64,000 nt of DNA. Origin: Octopus vulgaris (Eukaryota). Position 1 is the stretch's first letter; every line of letters begins with the position of its first letter. The notes beneath the pieces were generated by a model. It saw only the letters and a list, made by a program, of their open reading frames with translations. It had not been told where the DNA came from and did no database searches. Location of the stretch: NCBI GenBank assembly GCA_951406725.2, contig OX597823.1, positions 18,166,001 to 18,230,000 of the forward strand. Reading direction: 5' to 3'. A program made the position numbers and the translations under genes. This document shows positions 54,404 to 64,000 of this stretch, in pieces.

Positions 54404-55708
54404 CTTGAATATGAGTTCACCTTTTAGTCTATAGTGTTCACAACTCTCATATCTAACCTTGATCTTTCCCAAGTTACAAGGAAGAATAAAGTTGTTTGAA
54501 AATGACTTCTAGTATATTACTGGTATTATACAATCGATTCCGGTGAGATGAAAAGAAAAGCCAATTCCAGATGGGATTTGGACTCAGAATGTGAAAAAGA
54601 GACATCGCTAAATACTACCAAATATTTAGGTCAGCACTCTGCCACTCATGGCTAAGTCGTTTGCAACGGTTATTATTATCATTGTCGGTCTGTGCAGTCT
54701 ATAAACATGAGAGCGACAGCAATTTAAAGAGAAAACCAATACGTTGACCTCTCACCTAAACTTCATACAGATTATAATCTATACTGAGAAAAAATGTATG
54801 CATATGTCTGGTGCATAGGAAGGCTGGGAAAACAAACAAGACATTGTGATAGAGATGATGTTTAGGATGTAGAAATGCTCTTCCCGGGTGGGTGCAGCAA
54901 ACGAACGAGAAATTACAGAGAGTAAAATAAATTGTGAGTTATCTAAGTATAATTTTTGTGCTGAATAATATTTATGGATAAAACATTGGATAGAGGGAGT
55001 GGATTATGTAATATATCAGAAGCACAAACTTCCACCTAAAATCCTTGACAAAGCAATATGATAAATTAGCTGTTGTGGTTGTTTAACCTCCGGTCAGCTC
55101 TGTTCAAGCAGATTTATGATGATCAAAGTTTTCCTTGTTGTATACACTCCGTCATTTTTATATATCAAGGACTACACGGTTAAATATATCTTTCATAGCG
55201 TGTAATTTCGGAGATATTTGGCTACTCTTTCAGGCTTGTTAGTTCATCAGTACAGTAGAAAAACACTGAAGCAATATGATAACATTGAAAAGCATAATCA
55301 GATTTTATCAAATCTAACAGAGTAGGACTTGTTTGTATTGCAAAGTTTGTCAATTATTAATGAGCGTAAGGCAAAAATATTCCAATGGATAAGATATTGC
55401 ACGGTCTACCCATGGTCTGTAAATTCAATTCACAGTTGGAGCTTGTTTAATTCCTAGGTCAGCCCTACTGATTCTGCTTCATCAGCCACAAAAACTAATC
55501 CAGTCGTTCACAGACCAGTGAACTGACGCAAACACATGTATCCCACGATATGATGATGTCACAGCCCAAAACATAACTTTCCTCTACACAAGTCTAAGTG
55601 GAGAATTTTCTCCCAGGACAATTCCAGCAGCGATAGATTTTATAAATAAAGAACTCTGCATGTATTTGCTTATAGATGTACATGTGCATGTACACTTGTG
55701 TGATTGTA

Positions 55709-56986
55709 TCAGGTTATCCCATAAATTCTGTCCGATTATACCTTTTTTAAAATTGAATGGAATTTAATAGTATTTTAGAATGTCTGATGGAATTTAAAAT
55801 TATTTTAATGAATTTGTGTACATTTAAACGAATTAAATATTATTTTACAGAATAATAGAATTAAAATTTCTTTGATTAAAACTCTTTCTAACATGGAAGT
55901 ATCCAAAGAGCATTTAAGGCGCAAAATGCTTTATGAGTACAAAAGAAAAGAAATTCTGCAGCCGAAGTGACTCGAAACATACACTCAGTTTATGGGAAAG
56001 AATGCTTGAATGAAAGAACTTGCAGAAGATGACTTGCAAAATTCAGAAGTGGAGATTTCAATCTTGAAGATGAAGATCGAACAGGACGTCCAGCTGAGTT
56101 TGATGATAAACTCCTTGAAGCATTACTTGAAGAAAATCCTGCATTATCAGTTGAAGAATTGGCATTAAAGCTTAGTTCTAATTATACAACTGTTCATCGT
56201 CATCTTCAACAACTTGGAAAGGTTCCTAAACTTGGAAAATGGGTGCCTCGTGAGTTGTCCGAGCGCAACCACAAATCCCGAGTTGACATCTGCTCTTCTC
56301 TCCATTCTCACGAACTCATTTCACCCTTTTTGGATAGACTTGTGACGAAAAATGGATCTTCTATCGAAATCTTAAACGTCGTAAACAGTGGCTTGGTAAA
56401 AGGGAAAAGCTCAACCACAAACGAAAAGGGAACTTCATGGAAAAAAGGTTCTTCTCTCTATCTGGTGTGATTGTAAAGGAGTAATTCACTTTGAATTTTT
56501 ACCACCTAATGCAACAATCAATGCTCAAGTCTACTGTTAGCAATTAGAGCATTTGAACCAAGCTTTGAAGAAAAAAAGACCCGCTTTAGTGAATCGAAAA
56601 CAAGTGATGTTTCATCAGGACAATGCGCGACCCCACACTGCAAAGATCACATCACTGAAGATCGAAGAGCTTGGTTGGGAAAAATTCCTCATCCACCTTA
56701 TTTTCCCGACCTTGCTCCTTCAGACTACCCCTTGTTTCGTAGTTTACAGAATCATTTGGGGGACATAAATTTCGCAAGCCAGGAGGAGGCCGAAACTGAT
56801 ATTTCAGTTATTCGCTTTGAAACCAAAAGAGTTTTGCATTGTTTGGATAAAAAGCTTGTAAATAGATGGAAGGAAGTCAGAGATAATCAGGGAAAGTACA
56901 TTGATGATCAAATTTCAATTAACTATAACATTTGATCACTTGCTTTCTTTATTAAAAATTCGGACAGAACATATGGAATGACCTGA
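55709..56986 (+). mobile_element. Mariner (DD34D) transposon, full length, inactive
   Basis: 1278 bp; imperfect TIRs TCAGGTTATCCCATAAATTCTGTCCGA / TCGGACAGAACATATGGAATGACCTGA; TA on both sides. Confidence 0.93.
55893..56935 (+). pseudogene. Mariner transposase pseudogene
   Basis: RTGRP, WVPREL, DEKW, HQDNARPH and HPPYFPDLAPSDY motifs spread over shifted frames. Confidence 0.93.
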
Positions 56987-58425
56987 TATGTACCTATATT
57001 GTTCGTATAATTTCGTTCATTTTGAAAAACGAAATGAAATCATTGAAGGAGAACTGACTGCTGTTTCCACCAGATCGAAAGACCACATACAAATTTCCTT
57101 GCTGGTTCACGCGGAGACTATATCATTTTTCCATAGAGGCTTAATAGACTTACTGGTGAGAACAGGGGTCATGATGTCAATACGATCCTCCTCATTCCCC
57201 ACCGCGTACCATATCACTATTTCTAATTCTAATTCGATGAAAGTTGTAAGTTTTGAATGATTCACTTTTTTTCCAATTTTGAGTGTGGGCGAAGGAGTAG
57301 AGTATAATGATTTCTTAATCCTCATCCTTCAGCGAGATTTACATGGTTTATGCTCTTCTTAAATAGCTGTATACTGACAATTACAGGAAAAACAAGGCCG
57401 CAGAGAGAAATCCAGAAAACCGCCATTTTGGAGAAAAATGACAAGGTGTTGGTGTCAGTGTTGAGTCCGTGGGAGAGGGAAAATAAAATATGTGTGAAAA
57501 GGGAAGGCCGAATGAAACGGTGTGTCACAGTGGAGACGGCACAAGATCAACCAGGTCCGAGGTACATGCGGCATTGTAATGGCTGTAGACTACAAATGAG
57601 GTGTCATATCTATGAAGCAAGCTGTACCCCAACAAACAGACGATAAGTGCAGCTTGTAAGGTTGCCTGGAAATGTCACGTAGAATGCCAGTAGTAAAGAA
57701 AAGAAAGAAAATAGAAAGCTGCAACGATTAAAATAAATCTGAATAAATTCGAGATAAACTTACTTTTATCCTAAACATATTAAAGCATTGGCAACATGTG
57801 TTTCCTATAACGTAACATGTCGTTTTGTAAGAAGACCGTCCCTTGCGGCAGAGGACGAACAGACAAGAAATAAGAATGGCGAGGCGATAATGCAGTCTGG
57901 AAAGCTATAAGAAAAGAGGGTAGAGAAGAATAAAATAAACAAGCTCCAACGCATGTATGCATATGTGCTCGCGCACCCGTGTATGTACGTGTGTGCGCTT
58001 GTGTGTTTGTCTGTATATACATGTATGTGGACTTGAGAGCATGGAAAGAGACTAACCCAAATGATAGGCAAATAAAATAAAAATTCGGAATCTTAATACT
58101 GCGAAGGGAACTTCTTAAGTACACGGCTGCCTTCTAAGGTTTCATTCTCCTGAAGCATATTGAATAGACAATGTAAAAAGCCCCTACGATAGACCACACC
58201 TGTGCTTCAAAGGGCAAGCGTTGCCGCAATCTGTGTCATGCTGTTTCTGCCGCTTTAGAGTTCAGTTGGTCAAATAACTGGAATGCTCGTCGTCGAAACC
58301 AACGCAGATACATTTACTGTATTTACTTTACATACTATTATATGTATGTGTGTATAAAAATACACACACACACATATATACATATATACACATACACACA
58401 CACACACAAGATATATGTGTGTGTT

Positions 58426-58468
<43 letters not shown>

Positions 58469-58631
58469 AGACGCAGGAGCGGCTGTGTGGTAAGTAGCTT
58501 GCTTACCAACCACATGGTTGCGGGTTCATTCCCACTGCGTGGCAACTTTGGCAAGTGTCTTCTACTATAGCCTCGGGTCGACCGAAGCCTTGTGAGTGGA
58601 TTTGGTAGACGGAAACTGAAAGAAGCCCGTC

Positions 58632-58666
<35 letters not shown>

Positions 58667-58882
58667 TGCGTGTGAATATGTTTGCCTTTCTGTGTTTGTC
58701 ACCCCAACATCGCTTGACAACCGATGCTGGTGTGTTTACGACCCCGTAACGTAGCAGTTCGGCAAAAGAGACCGATAGAATAAGTACTAGGCTTCCAAAG
58801 AATAAGTCCTGGGGTCGATTTGCTCGACTAAAGGCGGTGCTCCAGCATGGCCGCAGTCAAATGACTGAAACAAGTAAAAGAG
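58469..58882 (+). mobile_element. Family A SINE, full length
   Basis: Family match. Confidence 0.9.
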
Positions 58883-58888
58883 TATATA

Positions 58889-58939
<51 letters not shown>

Positions 58940-58972
58940 TATGTATATATATATATACATATATATATATAT

Positions 58973-59050
<78 letters not shown>

Positions 59051-59098
59051 CATATATATGTATATAATATATACATATGTATATATATATATATATAC

Positions 59099-59167
<69 letters not shown>

Positions 59168-59212
59168 CATATGTGTATATATATCTTTTACTGAAAGAAG
59201 TAAAAGAGTATA

Positions 59213-59257
<45 letters not shown>

Positions 59258-59292
59258 ATATATATATATATATGTGTGTGTGTGTATGTATG

Positions 59293-59370
<78 letters not shown>
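58883..59370. repeat. Long imperfect (TA)n tract
   Basis: Directly visible. Confidence 0.95.
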
Positions 59371-59372
<2 letters not shown>

Positions 59373-59805
59373 TATACGTATAGAATATATTACAGTCACA
59401 TGTACATATGTGTGTCTGTACATGCATGTATGCACGTATGTATGTACGTATTATTTTAAATAAACATTAACTTTAATCAAGATTTATTTCTTCGCCATCT
59501 TGGTTTACACGAATTTTAAAAGAAAAAGAAAACAAAACACATGCAAAAAAAAACTCTTTTAATGCTCACATGACGGCTCTTAAAACACAGACAGGATTTT
59601 ATTTAGTACGACTCGTTATGACATTTTTTTTTTTTTACTTTACTCTATTTGTTCATTTATTTATTTGATAATTTGAATAATAAAACCTCGAAAATGTTTG
59701 AACCACTTTTAAACACATAAAAATGTACGCTGGTTTGAAACATTTTACCGTATCAATAAAAGTAGAACTGGGCGTGTATTGCCAGAAACGATAGTGCGTT
59801 AGTCA

Positions 59806-60186
59806 GTGGAGACGCAATGGCCCAGTGGTTAGGGCAGCGGACTCGCGGTCGTAGGATCGCGGTTTCGATTCCCAGACCGGGCGTTGTGAGTGTTTATTGA
59901 GCGAAAACACCTAGAAAGCTCCACGATGCTCCGGCAGGGATGGTGGTGATCCCTGCTGTACTCTTTCACCACAACTTTCTCTCACTCTAACTTCCTGTTT
60001 CTGTTGTACCTGTATTTCAAGGGGCCGGCCTTGTCACTCTCTGTGTCACGCTGAATATCCCCGAGAACTACGTTAAGGGTACACGTGTCTGTGGAGTGCT
60101 CAGCCACTTACACGTTAATTTCACGAGCAGGTTGTTCTGTTGATCGGATCAACCGGAACCCTCGTCGTCGGAACCGACGGAGTGCT
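59806..60186 (+). mobile_element. Family B SINE (tail B1), full length
   Basis: Family match; flanking AGTGCGTYAGTCA duplication. Confidence 0.9.
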
Positions 60187-60375
60187 TTCATCCAGTGCGT
60201 CAGTCAAAATGACTGCGGTGTTTATTTATGAACTCTTACGATCTGAGTTCAAGCCTCATCGCGGTCAATTTTTTTTTTTTTTTTTTTTTGGCTTTCATCA
60301 TTTGGGGTGCGGTAAAATAAGGTAGCGGTCCAGTAGTGGTGACGGTGTTCTTGTGTCAATATTAGAAATAGTTAT

Positions 60376-61290
60376 GGCGGCGAGCTGGCAGAAACGTTAG
60401 CACGCTGGGCGAAATGTTTAGCGGCATTTCGTCTGCCGCTACGTTCTGAGTTCAAATTCCGTCGAGGAAGACTTTGACTTTCATCGTTTCGGGGTCGATT
60501 AAATAAGTAGCAGTTACGCACTGGGGTCGATATAATCGACTTAATCCGTTTGTCTGTCCTTGTTTGTCCTCTCTGTGTTTAGCCCCTTGTGAGTAATAAA
60601 GAAACAGTTATTTCGTCTGCCGTTACGTTCTGAGTTCAAATTCCGCCGAGGTCGACTTTGGCTTTCATCGTTTCGGGGTCGATTAAATAAGTACCAGTTA
60701 CGCACTGGGGTCGATATAATCGACTTAATCCCTTTGTCTGTCCTTGTTTGTCCTCTCTGTGTTTAGCCCCTTGTGGGTAATAAAGAAACAGTTATTTCGT
60801 CTGCCGTTACGTTCTGAGTTCAAATTCCGCCGAGGTCGACTTTGGCTTTCATCCTTTCGGGGTCGATTAAATAAGTACCAGTTACGCACTGGGGTCGATA
60901 TAATCGACTTAATCCCTTTGTCTGTCCTTGTTTGTCCTCTCTGTGTTTAGCCCCTTATGGGTAATAAAGAAACAGTTATTTCGTCTGCCGTTACGTTCTG
61001 AGTTCAAATTCCGCCGAGGTCGACTTTGGCTTTCATCCTTTCGGGTTCGATTAAATAAGTACCAGTTACGCACTGGGGTCGATATAATCGACTTAATCCG
61101 TTTGTCTGTCCTTGTTTGTCCCCTCTATGTTTAGCCCCTTGTGGACAGTAATGAAATAAGAAACGTTAGCACGCTGGACGAATGTTTAGCGGTAGTTCGT
61201 CCGTCTTCACGTTCTGAGTTCAAATTCCGCCGAGGTCGACGTTGCCTTTTATCCTTTTGAAGTTGATAAAATAAGTACAAGGTGACTTAC
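60376..61290 (+). mobile_element. Family C SINE tandem array (4 x 184 bp plus a degenerate fifth unit)
   Basis: TTTCGTCTGCCG recurs at 60427, 60611, 60795 and 60979; units 2-4 lack the 5' head. Confidence 0.9.
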
Positions 61291-61614
61291 CCCGTGCCAA
61301 ACTTTGAAATAAATATTAGAAATTAAATACAGGACTATGTTCGAGTTTAATCTTTTTAATTTTATATTTTTCATATTTTCTTAGATTTTTTTCTTTTTTT
61401 ACAGTTGGTTTGGATGGGTAAAGTTCATAAATAAATATTCAATGTTTCTAGATCTTCCTTCACAGTCTCATTATCAAAAATTGAACCGAATATATCTTGC
61501 ATTTGTGTTGCTTATGGCATGCATGAAAAATATAAGATTAAAAAAAGATAAACTTGGACATAGCCATGTATTTAATGAAATAAGAATAAATGCAATATTG
61601 TTCCTCATTTATAC

Positions 61615-61660
<46 letters not shown>

Positions 61661-61662
<2 letters not shown>

Positions 61663-61870
61663 CGGGAAGCTTTATGAAAATAAACAAAAGACGAAGGCAG
61701 GTGGAGTACAAACAAACAATTGTATTAGTATGGCGCTCAGGAATATAAATAAAACAAGTCTTTTACGTTTCGAGCCTACGCTCTTCAACAGAAAGATACA
61801 CAGAAAAGAAACACGGAGAGAAATAAGGAGAGAAAAAAAATGCGTGCAGAAGCTAGCGATTCAACATGGC
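61661..61870 (-). mobile_element. Penelope-like terminal repeat (copy of the 8720 family)
   Basis: Near-identical to 8720-8930; abuts (TA)n at the same nucleotide. Confidence 0.72.
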
Positions 61871-62328
61871 GAATATATACATACATACATACCAATATAT
61901 ATGTATATTTGTGTGTGTACATATACATACTCACGTGTACATAGACCACACATGTATGGATGTATGCAGTTATGTGTATGCATATGCACATTTACCAGTA
62001 TGATACACACAAAAAGATGCAGTTTTACACAGACATTCAGAGACCCACGCATACAGATACATACGTTAACAAATTCATAGTCACACACATACGCAATTCA
62101 TCCTAAATTCTATTGGTTGATATATGCGTATAAGTAAATAAACGTACGTAATAATATAAGAATTTATGTTTATAGTAACATATGAATATATATGAGAGGT
62201 ACTGGTATCCAGAAGACCCCAGGTGGCAGGTAACGCTGTTTAAGTGCTCCTTATTTGCTTCCTTTTCCAAAATAACTTCTCCTATTGAACTCCAACATTT
62301 CCCTCTAGTTTACCATGTCACATCATCT

Positions 62329-62368
62329 CTGATGAAGGGATATCTCTAATGTCCAAGAAACAGCTGTA
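62329..62368 (+). ncRNA. Hammerhead-like motif of a Penelope-like terminus
   Basis: CTGATGA agggatatctctaatgtccaa GAAAC agct GTA; stem I degenerate; related copy at ~48962-49003. Confidence 0.5.
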
Positions 62369-62472
62369 ACACAAACTTTCTCTTTATAAATGTCCTGAAA
62401 ATTCCATACAGCCTTGGCTTTGTTGTCTCATTTTATTTAGCACACGCGCGCGCGCATATATATATATAGGGA

Positions 62473-62599
62473 AACGTAAAGTATACTAGCCATCTCAATA
62501 TGGCTAACCACTAAGGATGGGTGTTACAGTAGCTTGTAGCCCCAGTAACACCCACCCTTAGTGGTTAGCCATATTGAGATGGCTAGTATACTTTACGTT
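62473..62599. repeat. Near-perfect inverted repeat (~54-bp arms)
   Basis: AACGTAAAGTATACTAGCCATCTCAATATGGCTAACCACTAAGG and its reverse complement. Confidence 0.85.
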
Positions 62600-62649
62600 G
62601 GCGTGCAGTTACTGTTTACATCTCGTTCAGAGATTTATTATTGCTATAT

Positions 62650-62820
62650 AGGGAAAGTTTACGAAAAAAACAAGAGACGAAGACAGGTGGTGTAACAAAA
62701 CAAACAGATGTATTAGTATAACGCTCAGGAATAGAAAAGGTCTTTTACGTTTCGAGCCTACGCTCTTCTACAGAAAGGTACACAGAAAAAACAAGGAGAG
62801 AAAAAAATGTGTGTAGTGGC
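62650..62820 (-). mobile_element. Penelope-like terminal repeat, related subfamily
   Basis: Minus CTGTAGAAGAGCGTAGGCTCGAAACGTAAAAGA; collinear with the 8720 family. Confidence 0.65.
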
Positions 62821-63413
62821 TAATGTGTGAGTTTATAGGTTAACTTCTCAGCTTAGGCTTGAAAATATACAATTCATGGTTTTTTCTGATGAGATTATAT
62901 ATATGATGTATGTGCCGATGTGGTATAAAAAAATTATGATTGCAGTGCTTTTGTTGCTGTGTTTTGTGGTAAGAAACGGGAGATCATGCGAATGATTTGT
63001 AACTAATACGATCATCATTGCAGCATACGTTTGGCCTGGATCTCAACAACAACAAAATCAACTACAAGAACAATAAGGATAAAAAAATTAACGAAAATTA
63101 AAACAATGACCGAATCACCACACCAAGACAAACTACAATATTGTACATCCATGTAATGATTCTTTCATCACCTCAGCAAGAAATGTCTATGCTTCACTGA
63201 ACAAGTCTCATAAATAACTGTAAATCGTTCGATTTGGTGTGTGTGGGGGGGGTGCGTGCGTGCGTCTGTGTGTTGGTATGACGTAATTATGGATGTTGGA
63301 GATTTTAAGGCGTATGATGTGTAAATTAATCTGAAATACCCTTCAAAATCCGTGAAGCGATTTCAGCGAATCTGTAATCGTGGGAGCTGGGAGTAATTGG
63401 ACAGCCTCTACAT

Positions 63414-64000
63414 CAGGGGTTCTCAACCATTTTTTATCTATGGACTCCCTTTGATTGCTATTTTATTCTGGTGGGAAGGCGCAATGGCCCAGTGGTTAGG
63501 GCAGCGGACTCGCGGTCATAGGATCGCGGTTTCGATTCCCAGACCGGGCGTTGTGAGTGTTTACTGAGCGAAAACACCTAAAGCTCCACGAGTCTCCGGC
63601 AGGGGATGGTGGTGATCCCTGCTGTACTCTTTCACCACAACTTTCTCTCACTCTTACTTCCTGTTTTCTGTTGTACCTGTATTTCAAAGGGCCGGCCTTG
63701 TCACTCTCTGTGTCACGCTGAATATCCCCGAGAACTACGTTAAGGGTACACGTGTCTGTGGAGTGCTCAGCCACTTACACGTTAATTTCACGAGCAGACT
63801 GTTCCGTTGATTCGGATCAACCGGAACCCTTGTCGTCGTAACCGACGGAGTGCTTCCAAACTTCTGGTGGATCCCGTATCCATTTGATGTATTCCTAGAA
63901 TGTCATTTATTAATGTTTTCACACATTAATTTGTGTAGGTTGAATTACATAAAATGTCAGAGAAAGAAATCTATTTCTTGCAATATATACCAATGCATAC
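63414..64000. mobile_element. Possible hAT-type non-autonomous element interrupted by a SINE
   Basis: Begins CAGGGGTTCTCAACC (Charlie-like TIR start); the other end is not in the window. Confidence 0.4.
63474..63857 (+). mobile_element. Family B SINE (tail B1), full length
   Basis: Family match; flanking TTCTGGTGG duplication. Confidence 0.9.

Noticed and set aside
57107-57528. AAAATGGCG start with hydrophobic MAVFWISLCGLVFPVIVS, possible signal-peptide exon
   Set aside because: Short, no convincing splice donor or downstream exons; cannot be supported without RNA-seq

Overview
Repeat-dense, AT-rich eukaryotic DNA with no recognisable intact host protein-coding gene. The (TA)n/(CA)n/(TATG)n load and the tRNA-headed SINE families strongly suggest an octopus (coleoid cephalopod) genome; this is inference from repeat content. 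Nearly all ORFs in the track are microsatellite or SINE artefacts. The window holds four modular SINE families (my labels A-D), non-autonomous Helitrons plus a Rep fragment, a dead mariner, R4/Dong-clade LINE relics and Penelope-like termini with minimal hammerhead motifs, often in fold-back form. Most unusual items: (1) a SINE fused to a 28S rRNA fragment inside one 14-bp target-site duplication (TSD), 1559-2409; (2) a 2.1-kb ORF1/gag-only non-LTR element with an Inr+DPE promoter, inserted in a SINE head, 10089-12232; (3) a 51 x 70-bp indel-free array whose unit folds into a 63-nt hairpin, 23431-27002; (4) a full-length U6 copy fused to a retroposon 3' tail, 39148-39315; (5) SINE multimers with a recurring junction, two of them within single TSDs. 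All alignments, folds and counts were done by eye; boundaries of degenerate copies are approximate.
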